IMG/VR virus record: IMGVR_UViG_3300037243_000030
Coordinates: 2,512-66,511 of that record
Length of the DNA: 64,000 nucleotides
From: a virus
Taxonomy: Duplodnaviria > Caudoviricetes
Strand: one strand, 5' to 3'
In this document: piece after piece, positions 48,114 to 56,532 of the stretch
Layout of the letters: each line of letters starts with the position of its first letter
Numbering within the stretch: the first letter of the stretch is position 1
Notes under the pieces: generated by a model
Told to the model about the DNA's origin: nothing
Seen by the model: only the letters and a program-made list of their open reading frames with translations
The model's database searches: none
Program-made: the position numbers and the translations under genes

Positions 48114-48351
48114 ATTCAGGGCATTTATGAATAGTTCCGCCTTTTTTTGAATACATATTTTTCATTTTATCAAGTCGGCGTTGATCTAATTCATTAATCA
48201 TTGTTACCACCTTTTTTAACTACTACCAAATCTAAACATTTCTTGCAAACCTTAAATTCTTTGCCATTATATTTATTTTTAATTGTGCCAATTGCCCGAT
48301 ATTGTTCACATAATTGGCATTTTAATTCACATACTTTATCTGCTGGGCATA

Positions 48352-48627
48352 TCATTCGCTCTCGCCTCCCAATTCTTCCAGCCTACGTATTGTTGCCGCT
48401 AAGGTGCAGTAACCACTATGCCCATAATTTTTACCATAGTGACATACTGGGCAAAAACTTAAGCCAGTTTTATTTTCGTCGCTACACCATTCTAATTTTT
48501 TAAGTTCATCCAGCGCCATTTTTAGCGCGGCTGTGTATTTATCCGCACAACATTTATTTAATTCTGAACAACTATATCCGCATTGGCTCATCCCATATCC
48601 TCCCCCTCGCTCAAAGTTGGAACACAC
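48352..48627 (-). CDS. Hypothetical Zn-binding protein
   Basis: CPVCH...H..YC. Confidence 0.6.
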   Translation of the reverse strand: MCSNFERGGGYGMSQCGYSCSELNKCCADKYTAALKMALDELKKLEWCSDENKTGLSFCPVCHYGKNYGHSGYCTLAATIRRLEELGGESE

Positions 48628-48636
48628 TCAATTCGA

Positions 48637-49104
48637 TTAATCAGTGCCATCCTGCTCACTCTCCCATTCCCAAAGTCGTTGCTTACCTTTCGCCGGTACC
48701 GGATCAATCCGGCGCACGTTCGCCAGTATCCAGGCATAGCGACCAGGAGTGTAGTCGCCTAAAGCGAGTTCGTTGCCTTTAATAATCTTGCTAGTGCTTA
48801 ATTCTGCTTTGAAAGGCAAAATTATTAATTTTGTGGTTCCGCTTATACGATCACAATATTGATGTTTTACCTCAACACAGTCCACTAAGTCAGCAATGGC
48901 AATCACAAATCCAAGCGGAACGTCTTGGACAATAACTAAGCCAGCATCGTTAAGACGTTGTCTTGTTATTTCCAGATCAATCCGCTTCCCCGCATGTATC
49001 GCCAGTGGCCCCCGGTAGTTCGTCGGCCAGGAACGCGTTTCAATTTGCTTCGCGCCAATGGCGATCAGCGACGCCCAGGGCTGCAATATTGTTAAGGCTT
49101 TCAT
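48637..49104 (-). CDS. ASCH domain protein
   Basis: MKALTILQPWASLIAIGAKQIETRSWPTNYRGPLAIHAGK. Confidence 0.92.
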   Translation of the reverse strand: MKALTILQPWASLIAIGAKQIETRSWPTNYRGPLAIHAGKRIDLEITRQRLNDAGLVIVQDVPLGFVIAIADLVDCVEVKHQYCDRISGTTKLIILPFKAELSTSKIIKGNELALGDYTPGRYAWILANVRRIDPVPAKGKQRLWEWESEQDGTD

Positions 49105-49228
49105 AATTCACCCCGCCTTTTCCTTATATCTTTGGGCTCTCCGGATTTCTGGGTTGATAAATATTTTTTGGTCAACATAAGATTAACCATCCCCTTAAAA
49201 AAAAAATTAATTTATTTTGATTTATGTA

Positions 49229-49257
49229 TTGCATTTATTATTGATATATGTTATACT
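49229..49257 (+). promoter_or_regulatory. Sigma-A promoter inside cassette A
   Basis: TTGCAT-N17-TATACT with TG extension. Confidence 0.75.
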
Positions 49258-49279
49258 TAAATCAATAAAAGGATTGGAG

Positions 49280-49801
49280 ATGACAAAAATGAAAGCGACT
49301 CGGACAGTAACCTGGACCACGAAAGACGGCAAAACCGCTGAATGCAAAATCGAGATTACCCGCGAAATACAAGAAAACATCTCTTATTCTGACGGGTGGA
49401 ACATCAACCTCGGTCCAGAAGAAATAAAAAGCACCTATATTGAGTTAAGAGTTAACGGTAAATATGTAGCTCGCGATCTTGGGAATATATCTCCAATAAC
49501 AAAAGAAGGATACCGCGCGACTTACGACAAAATGGTTGCTGCTGGTGTATATGCAAGACTAGGTGATGTATACATCAACCGCGAAAATTACGAAAAGATT
49601 ATGGCCGCTATCACCGAAGCAACCACTGAAGCCGAACAAGATGCCGAATACATAGCTTACAAAGCGACCCCTAAAGCAACCAAAATCCACGATAATAACA
49701 TCATAGTTGATGACGGAAATTACGATTATGACTCAGAAAATCATGGCCCAGGTTGGTGCAATAAATGCCATAGTTATTGTTGGGGAGATTGCGAAGCCTA
49801 A
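49280..49801 (+). CDS. Hypothetical passenger protein
   Basis: GGAG then ATG; ends GWCNKCHSYCWGDCEA (Cys cluster). Confidence 0.75.
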   Translation: MTKMKATRTVTWTTKDGKTAECKIEITREIQENISYSDGWNINLGPEEIKSTYIELRVNGKYVARDLGNISPITKEGYRATYDKMVAAGVYARLGDVYINRENYEKIMAAITEATTEAEQDAEYIAYKATPKATKIHDNNIIVDDGNYDYDSENHGPGWCNKCHSYCWGDCEA

Positions 49802-49850
49802 ATAAAATTGCCGAGCCGGGCGGCTAATCTCGGCGAAGGGAGCGATAAAA

Positions 49851-50279
49851 ATGAAAAAACTCATTGGATTAAAAGGCGGTCAAGATGCGACATTTTGGGA
49901 AATTATTAGCAGCCAAGAATGCGAATTAGTTAAATATCCGTCTATCAAAAACGGTAAAGAAGTCCCTTTTACCCTCGGAATGTCCGACGCAGAATTACAA
50001 GAGTTTATGGCGAACAAACAAAAGGTTGGGTATCATGGTTATAGGCTTATTATCGCGGGGAATCCAATTTGCGCGGAAGATACGTTGAAAGAAATGGGAT
50101 ATGACGCTTTTAGTAACGCACCAAATTCTGTTGATATTTATGATCCTCGCGGCGGCGAACGTCCTAACTCAGGCAGGCCAGCAACGGGCGCAATGCCCAC
50201 TAAGGCAATAAGGATGGCTGAAGATGAATATATCAAAGTTAAAGAATTTTTAACTCAACTTCGTCAACCGTCCAAATAG
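49851..50279 (+). CDS. Passenger protein with C-terminal RHH-like DNA-binding tail
   Basis: RGGERPNSGRPATGAMPTKAIRMAEDEYIKVKEFL; followed by hairpin AACCGTCC/GGGCGGTT. Confidence 0.75.
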   Translation: MKKLIGLKGGQDATFWEIISSQECELVKYPSIKNGKEVPFTLGMSDAELQEFMANKQKVGYHGYRLIIAGNPICAEDTLKEMGYDAFSNAPNSVDIYDPRGGERPNSGRPATGAMPTKAIRMAEDEYIKVKEFLTQLRQPSK

Positions 50280-50291
50280 GGCGGTTTCCTT

Positions 50292-50768
50292 TTATGTCGC
50301 CTTTATTTCAACCCTAAAATCCGAAGAGCCGGAATTATCGTTATAGCATTGTTCAACCATTTCTCTTTTTGAACGCCTAACGCTTTCGGCCCACCTAACA
50401 CCCGTTAAGACTAATCTTCCTTTGCCGCCTCCTTCTTTTAATATCGCGCAACAATATCTCATGTGTCTAAGAGGAGGTAGTTTTTTTGCTTCAATCAATT
50501 GCCACATACTTTTCTTTGGCTTATGCACTTCCACATCTTTGTGATGCTCCCGGATAAAACACACCAGTTCCGGAGGATCAACCGTAGTAAGGTTGTAGTG
50601 ATAGTCTGCCTTGACCCCTGACCGCTTTACAAGGTCTTTAACTACACAACTATCCTTGCCGCCCGAGAACGCCACGTAATACCCTTCTGGCGGCTCAAAT
50701 TGGCGTATCCGGTCAATGGCTATCTGTACTTTATCAACCACGCCAAATAGCGTATGCTCAATCAGCAT
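50292..50768 (-). pseudogene. Truncated PAPS-reductase family protein
   Basis: AFSGGKDS, RYCCAILKE, TGVRWAESVRR; frame enters the cassette IR at 50330 and stops; C-terminal part absent. Confidence 0.8.
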
Positions 50769-51598
50769 TAACCCTCCCCCTCTTCCTCTCTCCTGCTGTT
50801 GTCCTCGATTTCAGCGATAGCCGCTAGTATTGGGTATATCTGTTGTGGTACTACTGTTCGTCCGAGCGCGGCAGTTCTGTCCACCCCACCGGATAACCCA
50901 TATACCACTCTAGCCAATCCGGGTTCAGATTCCCACCTAAAACTGTCGCCAATCCGTTTCCCGAATGTTCTGATGCACCTTTGCGATTGTAATTCCCGTG
51001 AACCGTTAGTGTAGGAAGTAGTTTTAATCCCTGAATTAATTTCATAGAATGTTTCGTTTTCCCGTTGTATTCCTTGCCCTTGATATCCCCACAGGTCGCA
51101 TCGAACGCGGTCAGAGTTGGCAACAATGAATACTCTATCCCGTCTATGCCACGCGTCAACGGCGCAAGCCGGTAAAACAAACGCTTGTGATTCGTAGTTG
51201 ATATTCTCCAAATCATCAAACACCGCGTCGATTCCCAAGGATATATGGCCACCAACATTTTCGCCAATAACCCAAGTCGGCCTGATTTCTGATATAATTC
51301 TAAACATTTCCGGCCAGAGATATCGATCATCTGCCGCGCCTTTTCTGTTCCCGGAAGTACTAAAAGGTTGACAAGGGTATCCGCCGGCCACAATGTCAAT
51401 TCCTGTGATTCCTGCATTATCTAGCACCTCCTTGGTCAGTTTCTTCACATCATCGAATATCGGCACGTCAGGCCAATGTTTCTTTAGCACCTTCTGGCAA
51501 AATGGTTCAATCTCGCAAAACGCCACCGTCTCAATTCCTGCCCACTGTGCCGCAAGATCGATTCCGCCTATGCCTGAGAACAACGAGAGCATTTTCAT
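50768..51598 (-). CDS. DNA cytosine-C5 methyltransferase, alpha chain
   Basis: LSLFSGIGG (I), GGYPCQPFS (IV), GENV (VI), HRRDRVFIVA (VIII), ALGRTVVPQ (X). Confidence 0.92.
   Translation of the reverse strand: MKMLSLFSGIGGIDLAAQWAGIETVAFCEIEPFCQKVLKKHWPDVPIFDDVKKLTKEVLDNAGITGIDIVAGGYPCQPFSTSGNRKGAADDRYLWPEMFRIISEIRPTWVIGENVGGHISLGIDAVFDDLENINYESQAFVLPACAVDAWHRRDRVFIVANSDRVRCDLWGYQGQGIQRENETFYEINSGIKTTSYTNGSRELQSQRCIRTFGKRIGDSFRWESEPGLARVVYGLSGGVDRTAALGRTVVPQQIYPILAAIAEIEDNSRREEEGEG
50851..51417 (-). CDS. DNA cytosine-C5 methyltransferase, beta chain (overlapping frame)
   Basis: LLPTLTA twice; GGNLNPDWLEWYMGYPVGWT (motif IX, missing from the alpha chain). Confidence 0.8.
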   Translation of the reverse strand: MQESQELTLWPADTLVNLLVLPGTEKARQMIDISGRKCLELYQKSGRLGLLAKMLVAIYPWESTRCLMIWRISTTNHKRLFYRLAPLTRGIDGIEYSLLPTLTAFDATCGDIKGKEYNGKTKHSMKLIQGLKLLPTLTVHGNYNRKGASEHSGNGLATVLGGNLNPDWLEWYMGYPVGWTELPRSDEQ

Positions 51599-51745
51599 TT
51601 GTTGTCCTCCAGCGCGGCGAGTGCCTTCTCTAATGCCCACGCGCCGCAATCACACTTTTTTGTGTTATCTTTTTCAAGTTCACAATTCCAATGATGAGAT
51701 ATATCACCCTTAAAATTATTGTAAGCCTCAACCAGCGCCTCGTAT

Positions 51746-52012
51746 TTATCCATGTGTGCCTCCAAATACGTGCATATTCATAACCTTCATTACGAAACTG
51801 CAAAATCTCTCCATTTCCTCGGGCGGTCGTTTTTTGCGTGTAATCTGCCGATCATACGAGCTTAATCCTAAGATTGTTATTTTGGATTCAACCGCCCTGC
51901 GTGAACGTCCCAGTGTTTTGGCGATTTCATTTACTTTGACGTGGTTAGCATACAGATTTTTAAGCTGGGTAAATTCCGCTTCTGACCAATTCATTTCACA
52001 TCCCCTCCTCAA
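51746..52012 (-). CDS. Small HTH (Myb/SANT-like) protein
   Basis: WSEAE...LKNLY...EIAKTLGRSRRAVESK. Confidence 0.7.
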   Translation of the reverse strand: MRRGCEMNWSEAEFTQLKNLYANHVKVNEIAKTLGRSRRAVESKITILGLSSYDRQITRKKRPPEEMERFCSFVMKVMNMHVFGGTHG

Positions 52013-52346
52013 ACCGCCAGTGATAACCGCCGCACGTTGATCTCTTAAAGTGGCAACACTTACATATTCCTTCAGGCTTGACGCCTGTTATTTTTGCCGC
52101 TTCAATACCAGACTTAAATATAACGCCGTCCGATCTAACGACTTTTTTCTCGCGGTATGCGTGGTCAATGTGCCGGAATCCACCCCAACCAGTTCCGCCA
52201 TTGGGTATTAAATTTAACGTGCGCCCGATGCTCCGAACGCTGGAGTAACTTATTTGCATACGCTTGGCAATGATTTTATTAGTTAAGCCTTGCGTGTGCA
52301 GCTCGCAGTATTGATTTTGATAGTGGGTGTTATCGGATATTTTCAT
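51996..52346 (-). CDS. HTH plus NUMOD1-type DNA-binding protein
   Basis: GVIFKSGIEAAKITGV...ICKCC...CGGYHWRF. Confidence 0.75.
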   Translation of the reverse strand: MKISDNTHYQNQYCELHTQGLTNKIIAKRMQISYSSVRSIGRTLNLIPNGGTGWGGFRHIDHAYREKKVVRSDGVIFKSGIEAAKITGVKPEGICKCCHFKRSTCGGYHWRFEEGM

Positions 52347-52347
52347 T

Positions 52348-52482
52348 TTAGCGCCCCCAGCTTAAAGTAATTACCGCAAATCCACCAACAGCAATCCCCC
52401 AAACATATTGACATTGCGAAGTAATATGCTCGTTTACACAAAAACCTGCGATTATAATCGCGAGCCATACAATCCACTTCAT
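52348..52482 (-). CDS. Small membrane protein (44 aa)
   Basis: MKWIVWLAIIIAGF...WGIAVGGFAVITLSW. Confidence 0.5.
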   Translation of the reverse strand: MKWIVWLAIIIAGFCVNEHITSQCQYVWGIAVGGFAVITLSWGR

Positions 52483-52856
52483 TTCAGCCCTCCTAATAAT
52501 CGAATTAATTCCTTTCCAAACGGTTCAATTAACTTCCGATGTTCGCCGTATTGTTCTTGACTGTCCCATCCAACCTTTCCTTGCACACACCACGTTTCCG
52601 TGATAGTTTCCCATCCTTCGGGTTTAATCACTGCGGCAACACGATATTTGGTTCCGTCGTTCGGAATTAATACGGCTCCGGTGTTACGCGCAATCATTAA
52701 CGCCGATGACAAATCTGCGCTGGCCCGAGACATTAAAAACAACCATTTTTCAGAATCTCCCCGACTATATACCCCGTAATTATCCCAAAACTCAACTCCA
52801 CCAAAATATTTCCACGGGTTCGATTGTTCGGTGGGGGAGGCTAATGGCGGGATCAC
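52479..52856 (-). CDS. Hypothetical protein
   Basis: 125-aa ORF. Confidence 0.65.
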   Translation of the reverse strand: MIPPLASPTEQSNPWKYFGGVEFWDNYGVYSRGDSEKWLFLMSRASADLSSALMIARNTGAVLIPNDGTKYRVAAVIKPEGWETITETWCVQGKVGWDSQEQYGEHRKLIEPFGKELIRLLGGLK

Positions 52857-53005
52857 ATTTCACTCCAGATTCGAAGAAGCATATCGGAAATTAAGTTTAT
52901 CGAGCAATCACCACTTTTAAATAATGCACAATTGTTATCACACGTTTTTGGGGTAAACGGACACGTTTTTATCATTTATATCACTCCTACATTATGTTAA
53001 TAAGA

Positions 53006-53110
53006 TAGTTAGGTAGTTAGGTATATATTTTTTTTCAGTAAAGTCCTCTTATGAAGAAATTAATATTGAAAAGTTTCCGAAATGCAAATAATAACCTAAC
53101 TACCTAACTA
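53006..53110. repeat. Inverted iteron pair, putative replication origin
   Basis: TAGTTAGGTAGTTAGGT (53006-53022) and its exact reverse complement (53094-53110) around an AT-rich spacer, just after the primase. Confidence 0.7.
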
Positions 53111-55549
53111 ATAAGGTAAATTACCCTTATCCATAAAAACGACTTCGCCCTTACTGTCATTTGAGTCTGTGCGGTTTTCTGCTCTTAATCCGATTCCGTG
53201 AAACTTTGTGTAATTACCAGTGCTAATTTTCTTTAAAAAGCCTTTTTTCTCTAAACTATCAGTGAAATCTTTACGTTTTATACGTACATTTTCATCATAA
53301 ATCTCTATCCAAGACCGAAAATTGGTATATAATTCACCTACATTTCCACTTGCAAGAGGATTTATGGTACACTTATCGCTCATCCATAGCTCAATATAGT
53401 CGTTTTCTTTCTGGTATGCTTTTGTTGCTTGAACCACTTCGTCTGGTGGTTGTAAACCAAATTTGTTCCATTCCAGGCAACCTTCGATTAACCAATTTAA
53501 GATCCCCGACTTCTCTGTCTCTGCCCTTAATTTTGTTTTTAGTCCTTTGTCTTGACTGTTACCGACGAATGTTTTTACAAAGGGCAGAAGTTGAATTCGT
53601 TCCCAAAGTGCGAAGTCTTCTGGGCGGGCAGTTGGTTTGTCGTTAGTCATTAAAACTAGTTTAAATTGGGGCAAAAACTCGAAGGTTTCTTGATAAAGGA
53701 ACCTGGCTGCCATTCGATCCTGGCCGGTCATTTGTTTAATTAATGCCTCGTCAAACTGACAACCCTTACCGCCTTCGCTCGCCACCACATACCGAGCCCC
53801 CCGCAGACGCGCCACGTCGTTTGATATCCCTTCGTTCTTCTTCTTCATAATTGTGGCGGTCGGTGTGGTTTGGGCGTAGTCTCCGAGCATGTCCAGGATT
53901 AATTCTAAGAGAGTGCCTTTGCCGTTGCGGCCATAACCAAATGCGATAATGAACTGTTGCTCACGGGTTTCTCCTGTTAAGCAATACCCTAAAAATCGTT
54001 GCACAAATTTAATAATGTTTTGGTTATCGTCGAATGTGCTACTAAGAAAATTTTCGAACGTGGGACACTTGGCCTCGGGCTTATAAGTAACAGGAGCCAG
54101 TTTTGTTGCGTTGTTTTTGGGGTCCGGTGCCATCAGTTTACCTGTTTTTAAATCAAGGGTTCCGTTTTTTACGTTTAATAACCAGATATCAGAATCAAGT
54201 TCAATTATTGATACCGGCATCATGTGTTGCGCCAGTATAAGCATTGCGTTCACCCTTGGAAGTGACTCTGATTTTTTAGCATGTGAGAGTAGCGCATCTC
54301 TAACATCTGGGTTATCAATACCTGCGGCATCGCCATACATAGACCGGACACATTTCTTGGCAAATGCCATAATGGCGCCACTGTCATCGATTTTCCACCT
54401 GGTCCCGTCCCACACTAACCATTTACCATACTGAGTGCAGTATTTTACTTGACCATCAAACATTCGTGTGAACCGTTCGGCGTTGCCTATGTCAGTTAAC
54501 TTCTCGAATCCGGGTTCGGTACCAGTTTCGGGGTCTGGTTTCTTCCCTTTCTTTCTTGACAGCGCGAACGTCACCGGATTTTTCACCTGGCAGCCTTCCG
54601 GGGGACAGCCGGCGAATCCGATAGACCGGATATATTCGCACGACTGCGGGGCCGGATTACTGCGGGCGTGGACGTATTTACGGTCGGTTTCCCGTATGGA
54701 ATACCGGGAATAATTACGGGATAAATCATGACAGGCTTCGAGTCCGTCCTTACACCGGGAAAGGTTGGTTAGTGCGGCGTACCATAAGGGTTCCGGTAGG
54801 TCGGCGGCGTTATCCCGGCAATGTTGCATAAATATACATTGACTGAATACTATGGATGCGGGGCCGTCTGTCGGACGTGATTCGAATATTTTGCCACATA
54901 TTTTAGTCAGGTCCGCGTCTGTGGAATCTGGCAGGGACGAATCGAAATCATCCGGATTGTACCTCACGGCGGAGGAATGGATTACTTTGACCGGGACCGG
55001 ATCAAATTTATAATTCTGGGTACCAGGCAGCCGTAATATCCGGCAGAGGTCGGCGGTTTTATCGAATTTCCATTTATGAGTTGCCGCCCGGGTTAAAATG
55101 TGATTCTGAAACCGGGATAATATGTCTGCCGCCCGAAGCCGATCTTCCGATATATCCCACGCCTCGCGGAATAACCAGTACCCGTGGAGCCCATGCCCGG
55201 AATCGACGAGGATCGATGGCAGGAATTCCTCACCGCGCAGGAAATTGATAACGTCCTGATTGGTGGCGGGTACGTTTTTTTTGGTCGGCGACTGGATATC
55301 GAAGTCGAACCAAAGGCCGGGAATACTGGTCACAGTATCGTTTGATGTGCGGCGAGTTGAAGATTTTTTATCCTGGGCGAGCCCGACGCCGAAATACACA
55401 TCCCGTGATAGGTTGGATAATTCGATGGCTTTGGCGGCGATGGCCGGGAGGTTCGAGATGGGGAACCAATAAGTTTTCTCGTCCTGCCGGGTCCATAGGG
55501 TAAGGTAGCCGCTGGTGTCGGGATAAAGTTGGTTGAGGAAGTCGATCAT
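53108..55549 (-). CDS. P4/D5-family primase-helicase with N-terminal RepB-like primase domain (start 55549)
   Basis: VDSGHGLHGYW, DLCRILRLPGT.NYK, TDIGNAERF, GYGRNGKGT (Walker A), ASE. Confidence 0.92.
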   Translation of the reverse strand: MIDFLNQLYPDTSGYLTLWTRQDEKTYWFPISNLPAIAAKAIELSNLSRDVYFGVGLAQDKKSSTRRTSNDTVTSIPGLWFDFDIQSPTKKNVPATNQDVINFLRGEEFLPSILVDSGHGLHGYWLFREAWDISEDRLRAADILSRFQNHILTRAATHKWKFDKTADLCRILRLPGTQNYKFDPVPVKVIHSSAVRYNPDDFDSSLPDSTDADLTKICGKIFESRPTDGPASIVFSQCIFMQHCRDNAADLPEPLWYAALTNLSRCKDGLEACHDLSRNYSRYSIRETDRKYVHARSNPAPQSCEYIRSIGFAGCPPEGCQVKNPVTFALSRKKGKKPDPETGTEPGFEKLTDIGNAERFTRMFDGQVKYCTQYGKWLVWDGTRWKIDDSGAIMAFAKKCVRSMYGDAAGIDNPDVRDALLSHAKKSESLPRVNAMLILAQHMMPVSIIELDSDIWLLNVKNGTLDLKTGKLMAPDPKNNATKLAPVTYKPEAKCPTFENFLSSTFDDNQNIIKFVQRFLGYCLTGETREQQFIIAFGYGRNGKGTLLELILDMLGDYAQTTPTATIMKKKNEGISNDVARLRGARYVVASEGGKGCQFDEALIKQMTGQDRMAARFLYQETFEFLPQFKLVLMTNDKPTARPEDFALWERIQLLPFVKTFVGNSQDKGLKTKLRAETEKSGILNWLIEGCLEWNKFGLQPPDEVVQATKAYQKENDYIELWMSDKCTINPLASGNVGELYTNFRSWIEIYDENVRIKRKDFTDSLEKKGFLKKISTGNYTKFHGIGLRAENRTDSNDSKGEVVFMDKGNLPY

Positions 55550-55568
55550 TGTTTTACCCCTCTCCGGG

Positions 55569-55724
55569 TCACGCGTATTTCTTATCCGGGCATTTCTGAT
55601 ATGTGGGAGATTTGCGGTTATTGATACACTTGGCGCAGTTCTCCCGGCAGTCACGGTCGGGATTTTTCTTGCAGAGCGCGGGCGGTTTCGTGAATCGGCA
55701 GTTGTCGCAGACACAATTCGTCAT
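55569..55724 (-). CDS. Small Cys-rich protein (51 aa)
   Basis: MTNCVCDNCRFTKPPALCKKNPDRDCRENCAKC... Confidence 0.5.
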   Translation of the reverse strand: MTNCVCDNCRFTKPPALCKKNPDRDCRENCAKCINNRKSPTYQKCPDKKYA

Positions 55725-55727
55725 ATT

Positions 55728-55991
55728 TCAGTCCTCCGGCGCCACAGGCGGTGATTTAACGTAATTGTCCGGCCCGTAAGGTAATCCCATGGCTTTGTCT
55801 ATTATGCGGTCCTGGATAACTGAGGGGTCGGTAAGTTCGAACATTTGAATTTGAGTCAGCGTAAGTTGGTGGTCCTGTTGGGATAAATCCGCCTGGAGTT
55901 CGTGGAGCTGGTGCCATGTAATGAGGTTAAGCGCAAGCAAACACATTATGGCGATTGTTAATAATTTTATGGCTGATTTTAGTCGTTGCAT
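55728..55991 (-). CDS. Membrane-anchored hypothetical protein
   Basis: N-terminal TM helix then coiled coil. Confidence 0.6.
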   Translation of the reverse strand: MQRLKSAIKLLTIAIMCLLALNLITWHQLHELQADLSQQDHQLTLTQIQMFELTDPSVIQDRIIDKAMGLPYGPDNYVKSPPVAPED

Positions 55992-56302
55992 TTTTGTACC
56001 TCCGGATATTTGATTGATATCCCATGCTGTTTCGCGTACACAATCTCCCTACAGCACCCCTCGGACTCCCAGTACTTCCCATGTACCCACAGTTCGTCCG
56101 CCAATTTCAATAAATTAAAACATAACTCCATGCCATGTTCGGCGTCATATTCCACTGGGTCCACGAATGAAAAATTGTGGATTGGGGATAATGGTAAAAT
56201 ATCGGGGGTGTCGATTAGGGCCTGCCGGATTATGGCGGCGATTTTTTGTTTGTTTTCTTCGACGGAATTACGGAGGGGGTGGGCGAAGTATACGCGTTTC
56301 AT
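55979..56302 (-). CDS. DUF4406 / nucleoside 2-deoxyribosyltransferase-like protein
   Basis: VYFAHPLR, LSPIHNF, LLKLADELWVHG...SEGCCREI..A. Confidence 0.75.
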   Translation of the reverse strand: MKRVYFAHPLRNSVEENKQKIAAIIRQALIDTPDILPLSPIHNFSFVDPVEYDAEHGMELCFNLLKLADELWVHGKYWESEGCCREIVYAKQHGISIKYPEVQKCND

Positions 56303-56532
56303 ATTCGACCCTCCCCATCAATGCACCGAATCAATTTCACAGCCATGGCCGCAACCTGAATCGCTTCCTCTCTAGCGCGTTGTGAAGTTTCGTGGAAGAT
56401 CGCTTGTTCAGTCTCAAGGTATTCTTCTCTTAAAATAGCCAAGCCCTCATGACTACTATTAAATGGCGGAAACTTTTGATTAGCAGATTTTAATTCATTT
56501 ACAATTTCTTGAATTATGGTTGATATGCTCAA
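56299..56532 (-). CDS. MazG-like nucleotide pyrophosphohydrolase
   Basis: HEGLAILREEYLET...REEAIQVAAMA. Confidence 0.7.
   Translation of the reverse strand: MSISTIIQEIVNELKSANQKFPPFNSSHEGLAILREEYLETEQAIFHETSQRAREEAIQVAAMAVKLIRCIDGEGRI

Larger units (their letters stand above)
49135..50330. mobile_element. Non-autonomous ISL3-like cassette A (1196 bp, two passenger genes)
   Basis: Inverted ends GGCTCTCCGGATTTCTGGGTTGATA (+49135) and GGCTCTTCGGATTTTAGGGTTGAAA (-50330); no transposase; no TSD found. Confidence 0.7.

Noticed and set aside
49125-50340. 8-bp target-site duplications around cassettes A and B
   Set aside because: Flanks differ (A: ATCTTTG / GGAATTAT; B: ATTCTTTT / ATAACTTA), and cross-pairing A with B gives no match either
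53108-55714. Primase start at 55714 as in the ORF track
   Set aside because: The first 55 codons overlap a separate Cys-rich ORF in another frame; the SD (GAGAGGGG) precedes ATG 55549
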